This document shows positions 40,795 to 51,437 of a DNA stretch of 64,000 nucleotides, in pieces. Within the stretch, counting starts at the first letter, position 1; each line of letters opens with the position of its first letter. Under the pieces are notes generated by a model that saw nothing but the letters and a program-made list of their open reading frames with translations, did not search any database and had not been told where the DNA came from. Made by a program: the position numbers and the translations under genes. Source of the stretch: Desulfobacterales bacterium (GTDB taxonomy: Bacteria; Desulfobacterota; Desulfobacteria; Desulfobacterales; UBA5852); the NCBI GenBank assembly GCA_963674755.2, contig CAXXVS010000002.1, positions 2,496,001-2,560,000 of the forward strand, written 5' to 3'.

Positions 40795-42081
40795 ATGTTG
40801 GACCCGAATACGAGCTCCGTGGAAAAGATCCTGGCCGACAAGGCGACGGCTTCCGGCCGCCGGCGACGGTGGCTCTGGATCACCGGCATCGGCCTTGTGG
40901 CGGTGATGGCAGCGTTGGCCGCCCTGTTTGGTACGCGGCAACCAAACGGCGCCTCCCGCTTCCAGACCCAGGCGGTGCAGCAGGGCGACCTGGCCATCAC
41001 CGTCACGGCCACGGGCAACCTGGAAGCCACCAACCAGGTCGAGGTGGGCAGCGAGTTGTCCGGCATCATTACCCGAATGACCGCGGACTATAACGATACG
41101 GTAAAAGCCCGCCAGCCGCTGGCCTATCTGAACGACGTCAAATACAAAGCCGCCGTCATGAAATCCAAGGCCGAAGTGGCCTCGGCCCAAGCCCAGTACC
41201 AGGAAGCGCTGGCCACCCGCGAAGCCAATCAAAAACAGGTGCAGCGCTACCGCAAGGCCCGGGAATTGACCAAGGGCAAACTGCCCTCATTGAACGATCT
41301 GGAACAGGCCGAGGCCGAGCTAAAAAAGTCGACGGCCGCGGTAACGGCCGCGGCCGCCGCCATCGAGATGGCCAAAGCATCCCTGCAATCCAACGAGGCC
41401 GATCTCGAAAAAACCATCATCTATGCCCCCATCAGCGGCATCGTCCTCAGCCGGAATGTGGAACCCGGACAAACCGTGGCGGCATCCCTGGAAGCACCCG
41501 TGCTCTATGTCCTGGCCGAAGATCTGCGCCGCATGGAACTCCAGGTGGATGTGGATGAAGCCGATGTGGGCCAGGTCCGGGAAGGTCAGACCGCCACGTT
41601 TACCGTGGATGCCTACCCGGACCAGACCTTCGAGGCCCACATTACCCAGGTGCGTTACGGGGCCGAAACCACCGACGGTGTGGTAACTTACAAGGCCGTG
41701 CTGAGTGTGGAAAATCCCGATCTTCTGCTGCGGCCCGGCATGACGGCCACGGCCGACATCACAGTGTTGAAAATCGAAGATGCCCTGCTCGTGCCCAACG
41801 CGGCCTTACGCTTCACCCCGTCGGTGCCCTCTGCCGAAACGAATGCCAAACGCGGCCTGTTGGATTCCCTGCTGCCACATCCGCCCCGGCGCACCAAATC
41901 CAAAAAGATAGGCGGGCCGGATGCGGCCAACGCTTCACAGGTCTGGGTTCTGCAGGAAGGGCGGCCGCAACCGGTCCGGGTCGAAAAAAGGGCCACGGAC
42001 GGCGCCTTGACAGCGGTTCGATCAAAAGATTTGAAGGTCGGTATGGATCTGATTGTCAATGCCCTTACCACGAGCAACTGA
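40795..42081 (+). CDS. MacA-like periplasmic adaptor
   Basis: ATGNLE, VEVGSELSG, IYAPISG, VDEAD, LRPGMTA. Confidence 0.92.
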   Translation: MLDPNTSSVEKILADKATASGRRRRWLWITGIGLVAVMAALAALFGTRQPNGASRFQTQAVQQGDLAITVTATGNLEATNQVEVGSELSGIITRMTADYNDTVKARQPLAYLNDVKYKAAVMKSKAEVASAQAQYQEALATREANQKQVQRYRKARELTKGKLPSLNDLEQAEAELKKSTAAVTAAAAAIEMAKASLQSNEADLEKTIIYAPISGIVLSRNVEPGQTVAASLEAPVLYVLAEDLRRMELQVDVDEADVGQVREGQTATFTVDAYPDQTFEAHITQVRYGAETTDGVVTYKAVLSVENPDLLLRPGMTATADITVLKIEDALLVPNAALRFTPSVPSAETNAKRGLLDSLLPHPPRRTKSKKIGGPDAANASQVWVLQEGRPQPVRVEKRATDGALTAVRSKDLKVGMDLIVNALTTSN

Positions 42082-42091
42082 GTCGTTGAAA

Positions 42092-42805
42092 ATGTCACCG
42101 GTACCGAAGAAATTATTGATCGAATTCCGCAAGATCGCCAAGGTTTATGGGAGCGGTGTCGCGTCCATGCGGGCCCTGGATGGTATCGATTTGCAGGTCG
42201 GCGACGGCGAGTTTGTCGCCATGATGGGACCCAGCGGCTCCGGAAAATCCACTTGCCTCAACATACTGGGCTGCCTCGACACCCCCACCGAAGGGACTTA
42301 CCGCTTCGACGGGGTGCCGGTGGAGCACCTGGCCCGGGACCAGCGGGCGCTGCTGCGCCGCCACTTTTTGGGCTTCGTTTTCCAGGGGTTCAATCTCCTG
42401 AACCGCACCTCGGCCCTTGAAAACGTCGAATTGCCCCTCATTTATCGCAAAATCCCCGCCAAGGTCCGCCGCGCGAAGGCCCTGGCAGCCTTACGGGCCG
42501 TGGGGTTGGAAAACCGGGCGCACCATGCACCGGGCGAGTTGTCCGGCGGCCAGCAGCAGCGGGTGGCCATCGCCAGGGCCATCGTGGGGCAACCACGGGT
42601 GTTGCTGGCCGACGAGCCCACCGGCAATCTGGATTCCGTGCGCAGCCACGAGATTGCCGAGATGCTGCGGGAATTCAACCGACGGCAGGGCATCACCATC
42701 GTCATGGTAACCCACGAAGCTGAAATGGCCGCCTATGCCGACCGCCAAATTCACTTCCAGGACGGTATGATCAGGTCGGATAGTCGCAATGGAGGAACCT
42801 CCTGA
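42092..42805 (+). CDS. ABC transporter ATP-binding subunit (MacB-like)
   Basis: GPSGSGKST, LSGGQQQRVAIARA, DEPTGNLD. Confidence 0.95.
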   Translation: MSPVPKKLLIEFRKIAKVYGSGVASMRALDGIDLQVGDGEFVAMMGPSGSGKSTCLNILGCLDTPTEGTYRFDGVPVEHLARDQRALLRRHFLGFVFQGFNLLNRTSALENVELPLIYRKIPAKVRRAKALAALRAVGLENRAHHAPGELSGGQQQRVAIARAIVGQPRVLLADEPTGNLDSVRSHEIAEMLREFNRRQGITIVMVTHEAEMAAYADRQIHFQDGMIRSDSRNGGTS

Positions 42806-44016
42806 TGCTCTGGGAAACATTTTTGCTCGCCCAACGAACGATCCGGCGCAACGTGCTGCGCTCCTTCCTGACGATTTTGGGCATTGTCATCGGCGTGGCC
42901 GCCGTGATCACCATGGTCACCCTGGGCAGCGGGGCCACGGCCAAGGTCACCAGCGACATCTCCTCCCTGGGCAGCAACATGCTCCATGTCCGTCCCGGCC
43001 AGGGGATGCGGGGACCGGGCGGTGCCCGCACCAGCGCGGACGCCTTCACGGTGGAAGACGCCACCGCCATCGCCAACAACATTGCCGGGCTCAAGGCCGT
43101 CGCGCCGACGGCCTCCGCGGCCAGTCAAGCCATTCACGGCAGTGCCAACTGGGCCACCTCCGTGACCGGCGCCACCAATGCCTATCTGGATGCCCAGGGA
43201 TGGCAGCTGGACCAGGGGCGTATCTTCGCCGTGAACGAATTAAAAGCCGGCAAAGCGGTCTGTCTGGTGGGGCAGACCGTCCGAAGGGAACTCTTCGGCA
43301 ATACCCCTGCCTTCGGCCAGTCCCTGCGTCTGGGGAAACTGGCCTTCAAGGTCATCGGCACTCTCAAGGCCAAAGGCCAGTCCACCTTCGGCACGGACCA
43401 GGATGACATCGTCATCGTTCCGCTGCGCACGCTGCAACGCCGCATCAAGGGCAATACCGACGTCCAGGCCATCCTGGTCGCGGTGGCCGACGGCGTCTCC
43501 ACCAGCGCCGTTCAGCGCGAGATCGAACAGTTGATGCGTGAGCGGCGCGGCATCAAGGCGGATCAGGATGATGATTTCCATGTGCGCGACATGAAGGAAA
43601 TCATCGACACCCTCACCGGAACCACCACCGTCCTGACAGCCCTGCTCAGCGCGGTAGCCGGCGTCAGCCTCCTGGTGGGCGGCATCGGTATCATGAATAT
43701 TATGCTGGTCTCCGTAACCGAACGCACCCGTGAAATCGGCACCCGGCTGGCCATCGGCGCTCTGGAGAGCGAAGTCCTGCTGCAGTTTCTGGTGGAATCG
43801 GTCGTTCTCTCCACATTCGGCGGTTTGGTCGGTATCGTTCTGGGTATCGGTGCCGCCGGGTCGGCCGCCCACCTGATTGGTGTGCCCTTTGTCTTCAAGC
43901 CCGGCATCGTCGTGGCAGCCTTTCTTTTTTCAGGCGCCGTTGGCGTTGTTTTCGGATACGTACCGGCCCGCAAAGCGGCGCAGTTAGATCCGATTGTCGC
44001 CTTGCGGTATGAATAA
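42805..44016 (+). CDS. ABC transporter permease (MacB/FtsX)
   Basis: RSFLTILGIVIG, GGIGIMNIMLVSVTERTREIG. Confidence 0.95.
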   Translation: MLWETFLLAQRTIRRNVLRSFLTILGIVIGVAAVITMVTLGSGATAKVTSDISSLGSNMLHVRPGQGMRGPGGARTSADAFTVEDATAIANNIAGLKAVAPTASAASQAIHGSANWATSVTGATNAYLDAQGWQLDQGRIFAVNELKAGKAVCLVGQTVRRELFGNTPAFGQSLRLGKLAFKVIGTLKAKGQSTFGTDQDDIVIVPLRTLQRRIKGNTDVQAILVAVADGVSTSAVQREIEQLMRERRGIKADQDDDFHVRDMKEIIDTLTGTTTVLTALLSAVAGVSLLVGGIGIMNIMLVSVTERTREIGTRLAIGALESEVLLQFLVESVVLSTFGGLVGIVLGIGAAGSAAHLIGVPFVFKPGIVVAAFLFSGAVGVVFGYVPARKAAQLDPIVALRYE

Positions 44017-44135
44017 AAGGTTATAGGAGCAACTCGCCATTCGCGTTGCCCATTGAGGAATACTTCCTTTTTTATGGGCTTGACCGGCGGACCACCCTGT
44101 TCGGGTATAAGCCCGCCGGTCGAAGAAAGCCCTTA

Positions 44136-46016
44136 TCAGCCCGAAAACGTTTCATCCCCGTCAAAAGGGATGACCTGCTCCGGGGCGAAACCCGACCTGG
44201 TTTTAGGGCGGGATGATGGTGCTGAGGCCATCGCATCGGGTATGGCCCCCTTCTTTAGCGCTTCCCCGTGCCCCTCCACCATCGCGACCAGATCACTCAC
44301 CAGGTCCTGCATCTGTTCGGCCTGGGCCCGCATCTCTTCCGATGCGGAAGAGGACTCTTCGGCGTTGGCGGCGTTGCTTTGAACCACTTTGTCCATCTCG
44401 GTAACGGCCTTGTTGATCTGTTCCACACCTTGGGCCTGCTCGCTCGAAGCACTGGCGATTTCACCCAGGAGATCCGTCACCTTGGCGGTGGACGACGCAA
44501 TTTGGGCAAACGCCTGGTTGGTTTCGCCGACCAGCGATGACCCTTCCGCGATGCGCCCGGCCGTACCCTCGATCAGGGCCGCTGTATCCCGGGCCGCATC
44601 GGCCGCCCGCAAGGCGAGATTGCGGACCTCGTCAGCCACGACGGCAAACCCGGCCCCCGCCTCACCGGCACGGGCCGCTTCAACCGCCGCATTCAACGCC
44701 AGCAAGTTGGTCTGAAAAGAGATCTCGTCGATCGTTTTAACGATTTTCTGGGTTTCGTCACTGGATCGGGAAATTTCCGCCATGGCGTCGGTCAGGGCCT
44801 GCATGGAGCCATTCGACTTTTCGACAATGGCTTTCGCGCTTTGCATCAACTGGTTGGCCTGGCCGGCATTTTGGGCATTCTGATTCGTCATGGCCGCCAT
44901 TTCTTCCAGGGAGGCTGATGTCTCTTCGATGGAGGCCGCCTGTTCCGTGGCCCCGGAAGCCAGTGTCTGGCTCGCCGATGAAATCTGCACGGTCGCTGTC
45001 GCCACGCTTTTGGCACCGCTGTCCAACCTGCCGGTCAGCTGCTGAAGCGTCCTGGAGGTCTTCGAGATAACCATAAAGAGGACCGCCGCGATGATCAGCA
45101 CGGTGGCGCCGCCCAAGCCGGAGGTCATCAGCTTGGTTTGGGAGTTGATATCCCGGCTGAAATCCTTGATGGTGGCTGCAACGGTTTGTACGGCGGCATT
45201 GTTCTGGGCCGCCACCTGGCCGAAATGGTCCTTCATCTCGCCCACCACGGCTTTCGCCTCTCCATCGATCACGGCACTGACGCTGCGGGTATTGGCGTCC
45301 ACCATCCTCTCAAAACGACCGGATATGTCGGCGATGCGCTGCCGGGCAGCCGCTTTGCTCACGCATATGACGACTTTGCCAAAATGCTTACCTTCAATCT
45401 GAATCTGCCTCTCAACCCGCAGGACAGCCGGATCATCCTGCGAAGCGCTGAGAATCTTATCGAGCTTCTTGGTGCCGCTGCCCGTCTTCAAAAACCGCTG
45501 GATATCGGGGTCCTTGCGATCGATATAGCGGGTAAGGGGCTTGCCGTCCGGCTTCAAAAACAGGGCATAGACCACATCCGGGTTCTGGTTGGCGGCCTTG
45601 GCAAAGTTGATCAAGTCGATGAAATTGTTCGCCAGTATGGCGGCCGGGGCCACCTGGGCCAGAAGATCCGTCATCGAGTCGGCGTTGTTTTTAAGCATGT
45701 CTTCGAAGGATTGCCCCAGCACGGTCTTTTCCACCTCCAGCGCCGATCGCGATTCCTGGGATAGCGTTGCGGCGCTGGTTGTGGACATGTCGGATAGGCG
45801 GGTCTCGACCTCCCCGGAAAGCGCGCTGAAACTGTTTTGCGCACTCGCATCGGCCTTATTGACAGCCGTAACGATGGTGTCGCTGAGTTTGTCGAGCTGC
45901 TTTTGTTGCAGCACAATGAGAACCGTAGACAACAACAGCATACAAACGACAAGCACCGCCATGGTGGGAATGAGGAGACGCTGCCGAAGGCCGCCTGAAA
46001 TTAGCTTGTGTATCAT
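44136..46016 (-). CDS. Methyl-accepting chemotaxis protein
   Basis: [34 protein letters not shown]; two TM helices. Confidence 0.95.
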   Translation of the reverse strand: MIHKLISGGLRQRLLIPTMAVLVVCMLLLSTVLIVLQQKQLDKLSDTIVTAVNKADASAQNSFSALSGEVETRLSDMSTTSAATLSQESRSALEVEKTVLGQSFEDMLKNNADSMTDLLAQVAPAAILANNFIDLINFAKAANQNPDVVYALFLKPDGKPLTRYIDRKDPDIQRFLKTGSGTKKLDKILSASQDDPAVLRVERQIQIEGKHFGKVVICVSKAAARQRIADISGRFERMVDANTRSVSAVIDGEAKAVVGEMKDHFGQVAAQNNAAVQTVAATIKDFSRDINSQTKLMTSGLGGATVLIIAAVLFMVISKTSRTLQQLTGRLDSGAKSVATATVQISSASQTLASGATEQAASIEETSASLEEMAAMTNQNAQNAGQANQLMQSAKAIVEKSNGSMQALTDAMAEISRSSDETQKIVKTIDEISFQTNLLALNAAVEAARAGEAGAGFAVVADEVRNLALRAADAARDTAALIEGTAGRIAEGSSLVGETNQAFAQIASSTAKVTDLLGEIASASSEQAQGVEQINKAVTEMDKVVQSNAANAEESSSASEEMRAQAEQMQDLVSDLVAMVEGHGEALKKGAIPDAMASAPSSRPKTRSGFAPEQVIPFDGDETFSG

Positions 46017-46168
46017 AACTCTTTGCTCCGCATAAATGGAATCGAATGGATCATGTTACGTCGGTCCGCCCTGATAAAGAAATAACCTGTTCGATCGGCG
46101 CAGAAGGCCCGCATATGGCCGCCGTTCTTCTTCCTACGGCCATGTGCGGAAAGCGGTGGCCACCAGGA

Positions 46169-47065
46169 TCACTTGGCAGCATAGGCGCCGACCCGGAGAG
46201 TTTTTTGCAACGCCTCCACCGGCCCGTAATCCAGTGCATCGATCCAGCCGACCACTTTGGCACTCTTGGCCGCGGCATCGTCGGATGTCATCTGCTTAAG
46301 GGCTGCGACCACCTCTTGGGCGACCTGTGGGTCGGTATTTTTGGTTTTGGCCAGCGGCCACTCGGGATAAAGCGTTGTACTGCAAACAAAGGGGAAATCA
46401 CTGTAGGAGACCTTGTGAACGATCTTGAATTCCTCCATATCCACAAGGCCCTCGGCGGCCATGCGCTCCAGGGTATCGGTACGCACGGTGCCGCAGTCCA
46501 CCACCCCGTTCTGGATCGCGAGAACGACATTGTCGTGTTTGCCGGCAAACTCCACCGAGGCGCATTCCTGAAAGGGATCGATGCCGGCATCCACGAACTC
46601 CTTGTAGGCCATTTGCCAGCCTCCGAAGGAGCTTTTCTTGACCGCCATAAAACGCTTGCCCTTGACGTCGGCCAGGGTGTTGATGGCGTCATTGTCCGCC
46701 AGCGTCAAAACAACACCGCCAAACGATTTCAAGGGCTGGCCCTGTCGCGAATTGATCATCGTGGCGATGGCCGATGCGCCGAATCGGACCTTGGCGGTGA
46801 CAAACATGGATGAATTCACCAGAAAGAAATCCACATCGCCGTTGGCGAGGGCCGAGTTTACCGCGTCGAAATCCAGGGGAACGATTTCAAAGGTTTTCCC
46901 GGCAACCTTTTGATTGAGATAATCAGCGGTCGCTTTCCACTGTGCCATGGCCTTGACCGGTCCCCGTTTGGCCAAAACGCCGATCTTGTATTGGTCTCCC
47001 GCGAATCCGCCGGTAGCCATCGTCAACACGAATGCGATTGCAATCACAATAATTCTTTTCATCAT
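46169..47065 (-). CDS. PhnD/phosphonate-type periplasmic substrate-binding protein
   Basis: Signal peptide; SSFGGWQ, HDNVVLAI, VRTDTLERM, TLYPEWP. Confidence 0.85.
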   Translation of the reverse strand: MMKRIIVIAIAFVLTMATGGFAGDQYKIGVLAKRGPVKAMAQWKATADYLNQKVAGKTFEIVPLDFDAVNSALANGDVDFFLVNSSMFVTAKVRFGASAIATMINSRQGQPLKSFGGVVLTLADNDAINTLADVKGKRFMAVKKSSFGGWQMAYKEFVDAGIDPFQECASVEFAGKHDNVVLAIQNGVVDCGTVRTDTLERMAAEGLVDMEEFKIVHKVSYSDFPFVCSTTLYPEWPLAKTKNTDPQVAQEVVAALKQMTSDDAAAKSAKVVGWIDALDYGPVEALQKTLRVGAYAAK

Positions 47066-47267
47066 TAATCTCCTTCAATTGGAATTTGGGAAACATCGGA
47101 TAGATGCACCCGGGTCATGACACTACAGACGGTTTCGGAAAACGATCGCGATCGGAGCCGGCTTATCTCGTGTAGGATGGCGGACATCAGCGCGCCAACA
47201 AACGAGTCATGGGGGATAACGCCGATAGCGAACGTTTGATAAATCCCACCGCTAAGATGCTGAGGGT

Positions 47268-47294
47268 TTATCGGTGTCGGGAAAATTTTCTTTA
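47268..47294 (-). promoter_or_regulatory. Sigma28 (FliA) promoter
   Basis: Minus strand TAAA-N15-ACCGATAA upstream of binding protein + MCP. Confidence 0.7.
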
Positions 47295-47397
47295 GGGATT
47301 TTGCTTCACGGTCATCTGGGGAGGGTTGAGCGGCGGAACGGTATTTACTTGCCGGGGCGACACGGCGTTTTCAATTTGGCGTCAAATTCCAGCACAT

Positions 47398-47609
47398 TAG
47401 AAGTCATCTCAAAATCAGGATTTTGGTTTTAGATCAAGGCGGACACGCGTTTTATCCCGCAGAGCGGGACTTCCCATCTGATTGATTCTACAGCGGTGGG
47501 TGCCCGCAGGAATTCATTGGTATTTCGAGGACATAAGAGGAGCGTCCAACGCCGATACTTGTCAGCCTTTGGCTGATCGGGCTAAAAGACTTTTTAGAGA
47601 TCGCTTCTA
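47398..47609. mobile_element. MITE-like element, 212 bp
   Basis: Imperfect terminal IRs TAGAAGTCATCTCAAAA / revcomp TAGAAGCGATCTCTAAA; non-coding; internal hairpins. Confidence 0.65.
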
Positions 47610-47671
47610 TATAAAACGGAACCTCTGGACAAAGGACCGCAAAAGGTCGTGCCCCGCATCAGACCGCCTCT

Positions 47672-48148
47672 TTAGGAGGCCAGGATCTTTGCAATCATTT
47701 CGTCACGCTCGCGATCGGAGATGTAAGGCATCGTTTTTATGCGAAGGATCTCATCTTCACGCCCCCTTTTTCTGGCAGCGGCCGCTTCGGCGCGGATGAG
47801 GAGGTAGTCCAAATCACACGGTTTGATCAGAAAATCGGCCGCCCCCAATTTCATGGCCGCGATGGCGGAAGGCACCGTTGCATGACCGGTCAGCATGATA
47901 ACCTCCACCAGGGGGTAGCGCTTCTTAATCGCTTGCACCACTTCAAAACCGTCGCTGCCGGGCATCCGGACGTCGAGAACCACGACGTCAATCGTGTCTT
48001 TTTTTTCCAACAGCATCAGCGCTTCAGTGCCGGAAAAGGCGCAGTCCGCCCGGAATCCCCTTTGGTCCAATCGTGTCGCCAGCGTTTCGATAAACAGCCG
48101 TTCATCATCGACAAGCAGAAAATGGATGGGCATCATCGCGGTCTCCAC
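47672..48148 (-). CDS. Single-domain response regulator
   Basis: LVDDE, LDVRMP, LTGH, FLIKP. Confidence 0.9.
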   Translation of the reverse strand: METAMMPIHFLLVDDERLFIETLATRLDQRGFRADCAFSGTEALMLLEKKDTIDVVVLDVRMPGSDGFEVVQAIKKRYPLVEVIMLTGHATVPSAIAAMKLGAADFLIKPCDLDYLLIRAEAAAARKRGREDEILRIKTMPYISDRERDEMIAKILAS

Positions 48149-48177
48149 TGGCCTTGATATCCATGTCGGCGATCCGG

Positions 48178-49146
48178 TTATGACGTGACGAAGGTAAGTT
48201 CCGGCAACGACCGGGCGGCGGCCAAACCCATTTCATAGCCCTCCCTGAGTTTGGCGGAATCCGTGGTCATACGGCCGACCGCAAAATCGCGGGGTGGCGC
48301 GACAACCCGGATACGGCACCCCGCGGGCGGATTTTCAACAAAGTCGATGGATTGGTTGTATCGTTCGGCACGGCTGATCATGGCTTCCGCCAGCCGAGGG
48401 GTTTTCGCCAGCAGGCGTCGTAAAAACCAGGGCGAGCGCGGTGGCTGTTTCCGGTAGCCATTGGGGCGGGAGAGGATCACGGTAATATCCCGCGCGCCCA
48501 TGCGGTGCGCCTTTACAACCGGTATCGAGTCGGCCACGCCGCCGTCCGTCATGGGCTCTCCGTCGATCATCGTGAAATTGCGGTATACGATGGGGACGGA
48601 GCAGGACGCTTTGAGCAGTTGTTCCAGGTTTTCCGGCGTGGCCCTGATGTAGGCCGCCTGGCCATCGGCGACCTTGGTGGTCACGACGTAGAGCGGAATC
48701 GGTTGTGCGGCAAACGCTTCGAGGTCGAGCCGGATTTCCCGGATCGTAATATCCCAGAGCCAATCGAGATCGAGCCAGTGTCCCCCGCGAAGGAAACGCT
48801 TGAAAGAGATGAATTGCGGCCGGCAGGAGTAGTCCGTGATGACTTTATGGTTGCGGCCCCGTTGATGAGACAGCCAGGCCGCCAGGTTGGTGGACCCGGC
48901 GGAAACCCCAAGGCAAACATCGAAGGGCCGGTAGCCCTGGTCGCTGAAACCGTCCAGAACGCCCGTTGCAAAAATGCCGCGCATCCCGCCGCCCTCGACG
49001 ACCAGGGCACGCTTTGTCGCATGATCGGTTGGTGTCTGATCCATTTTTTCTATCTTTTTATGCGTTAACCCGCCCACTTCGTCATGAATCATAGATAGGG
49101 CTTTTTTATGGCTGCGGGAAAGTCTCTTCCAGGTTCCCAATTTCAT
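48178..49146 (-). CDS. Patatin-like phospholipase family protein (start may be 49044)
   Basis: EGGGMRG, GVSAG, DGG. Confidence 0.9.
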   Translation of the reverse strand: MKLGTWKRLSRSHKKALSMIHDEVGGLTHKKIEKMDQTPTDHATKRALVVEGGGMRGIFATGVLDGFSDQGYRPFDVCLGVSAGSTNLAAWLSHQRGRNHKVITDYSCRPQFISFKRFLRGGHWLDLDWLWDITIREIRLDLEAFAAQPIPLYVVTTKVADGQAAYIRATPENLEQLLKASCSVPIVYRNFTMIDGEPMTDGGVADSIPVVKAHRMGARDITVILSRPNGYRKQPPRSPWFLRRLLAKTPRLAEAMISRAERYNQSIDFVENPPAGCRIRVVAPPRDFAVGRMTTDSAKLREGYEMGLAAARSLPELTFVTS

Positions 49147-50114
49147 GATCGAAACACGATCAGGGCAGCATACTTTCTCATGATATTGTTGTTCAAATCC
49201 TGGAAAGCCTTGTAGATCCAGGGGTGCAAAGTATGCGTATCGGCTATGATGAAAGTTGTGGGCGCCAGGCCGATTTCATCCAGAAAAAATACAAACGCCT
49301 CGAGCATGCCATTCTGGTGTTCTCCTACGACACAGACATTCAGCATGCTCTCTTTTAGAAAGGCGTCCGCCTGGCTGCGAAGGTTGTAAAAAAGCCAATT
49401 CTCCTCGTTCGCGCAGTGCAGCGCGCCAAATAAGATAACATGGCGTTCCCCGGGAATAAAGGCCCTCCAGAAGTTGGCGGCAATGGCGCGATCGCGCGCA
49501 CCCGATTGCCCGGATTGTCTCTTTTCATGTTGCGCGGTTTCTTCGATTCCGCAAATTCTAATAGACGGATTCCTGGCTTTGGCGGCCCTCATAATCCCCA
49601 GGCCATCGACCCCCAGCAAAGGGAAATAGGGCCGTCCGGCATTCAGGCGCCTGTGGATACGGTTCAATGTCTCAGCGGTCGCCTCTAACATGAGGGTGTC
49701 GACGCTGTATCCAGCGAAAAAGGCTTGGGCCAGAAAAGCGCGGGTTGCCTCTTCATGAAGCTCGCCGAGACAGATCACCTGGTATGGAGAATGGTCTACC
49801 TCGTTCAGCCACGGTTCCAAGGAACGCATGCGGGTCGTCAGATTTTCCTCGATCGCTTCTCTTTTGGTTGGCGCTAGCTGAAAAAAGCGTTTCACCGTTG
49901 CTTCGGCCCGGGCATGATAAAAAGCATGGCTAACCCCTGCGGTATTCTCAACCTTTGCAGGCGGTTGCGGAAACTCGGTTTTGATCCAGTTGTACGCGGT
50001 CATTAAAAGCAGGATAATGACATATCCGCTTAGGATGGCCAAAATCACACGGGCCAATGGGGAGTGCATCGCGGGTGCTCCGCTGGTTGGGGAAATCTCT
50101 TCCACATCCGGCAC
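49143..50114 (-). CDS. Membrane-anchored hypothetical protein, possibly ChaN/TIKI/EreA-like fold
   Basis: N-terminal TM; LGELH, LMLE, FGALH motifs. Confidence 0.55.
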   Translation of the reverse strand: MPDVEEISPTSGAPAMHSPLARVILAILSGYVIILLLMTAYNWIKTEFPQPPAKVENTAGVSHAFYHARAEATVKRFFQLAPTKREAIEENLTTRMRSLEPWLNEVDHSPYQVICLGELHEEATRAFLAQAFFAGYSVDTLMLEATAETLNRIHRRLNAGRPYFPLLGVDGLGIMRAAKARNPSIRICGIEETAQHEKRQSGQSGARDRAIAANFWRAFIPGERHVILFGALHCANEENWLFYNLRSQADAFLKESMLNVCVVGEHQNGMLEAFVFFLDEIGLAPTTFIIADTHTLHPWIYKAFQDLNNNIMRKYAALIVFRS

Positions 50115-51238
50115 TAGCGTGTTAAATCGGCAAGGGCCCTTTCCACTTCCTGGTTGACCAGCTCGCCGTCTCCGCCCCTCATCGCGCGGAGTGCGGATTC
50201 GGCCTCCCGGCCTCCGATCCTGCCGAGTGCCCAGGCCGCCATCCCTCTTACGCGTTCGTCGCTGTTTTCTTTCATGGCCCGGATCAGATCCGGGACATAT
50301 CGGCGATCACGGCTGTTGCCCATCACCCGGGAGGTGTTCATCTTCCAGCGCCAGATATCCTCATATGACATATAGAACATATGAGGCCAGATCTTGGTTT
50401 CGAAGTAGACTTTGTCCATGTGGAGCAGCGAAGGCAAGTCGAAATACGGCGCCTTGGCCACCACCTTTTCGTTTAAGGGCCTTTCCTGTGCCAGCCAGGG
50501 CTGATTGCGCGGGCAGACATTCTGGCAGCGGTCGCAGCCGTAGACATACATGCCCATGGGTTCTCGGAGCTCGAGGGGGGTCAGGCCATCTCCAAAATAG
50601 GAGAGAAAGGAGACGCATTTGCGGGGATCGATCCGGCCGTTGCCTTTCAAGGCCCGGGTGGGACAGGCTGCAATACAGGCGTTGCGGCACCAGTCCGGGC
50701 AGCCGTTCTCGATAGTCGGTATCCCGGGTTCGAAAGCCTTGTCGATAACCACCGCGATGGGAAGCGTCCATGAACCCTCCCGGGCCACGGTGTTGGAGTA
50801 GAAGAGGCAGTTTTTCCCGAAAGTTCCCATGCCCGCACGGGCCGCGGCCACACGGTGCGGCAGATTGAAGGGTACCTTGGAATTGATGCCGTGATCGCGC
50901 AGGAATCCCCTGAACGCCTTGATGCGCTGATAGAGGCCGTCGTGGGTCACTCGGTCGTCATCCAGGTAGCAGCGACCGAAGTGCCCCTCCATCGATCGGG
51001 GATAGGCTTGGCGGAAATAGACCTCCATGAGGACAATGATGGTTTGGGCCTCCGGCATGATGGCCCTGGGGTCTGTGCCATTGAGGAGTTCCAGTCCGAC
51101 GGCTTCGGCCCAGGCGTATTCCGCGCGCATTTCAAGCAGCCGTTCCCTGTGCGCCGTAAAAGGTTCGGCCGTCGTAAAGCCGACATCTTCGAACCCCAAT
51201 TCCCGGCCCCGCGCGACAACGGTTTCTCTGGTGAGCAT
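50114..51238 (-). CDS. Epoxyqueuosine reductase (QueG)-like 4Fe-4S protein with HEAT repeat
   Basis: AARAGMGTFGKN, CxxxCxxxCxxxCP, GCDRCQNVCP, AAWALGRIG. Confidence 0.8.
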   Translation of the reverse strand: MLTRETVVARGRELGFEDVGFTTAEPFTAHRERLLEMRAEYAWAEAVGLELLNGTDPRAIMPEAQTIIVLMEVYFRQAYPRSMEGHFGRCYLDDDRVTHDGLYQRIKAFRGFLRDHGINSKVPFNLPHRVAAARAGMGTFGKNCLFYSNTVAREGSWTLPIAVVIDKAFEPGIPTIENGCPDWCRNACIAACPTRALKGNGRIDPRKCVSFLSYFGDGLTPLELREPMGMYVYGCDRCQNVCPRNQPWLAQERPLNEKVVAKAPYFDLPSLLHMDKVYFETKIWPHMFYMSYEDIWRWKMNTSRVMGNSRDRRYVPDLIRAMKENSDERVRGMAAWALGRIGGREAESALRAMRGGDGELVNQEVERALADLTR

Positions 51239-51437
51239 GGCCTCTCCTTGCTACCCGTGCAGATACGGATCCATGTGTTGCCGGTGATGGCAGACGATAT
51301 GTACAACTTTGGAGAAAAATTTGCAAAGATGGACCTGCGGCACCAGGCGGCTGGCGGTGTTTCATGCTTTGTGATAAATTTGTTCACTGGCCCGGAACGA
51401 CGGGATCTGACATTGTTAGGAAATTCGGCGCGGAACA

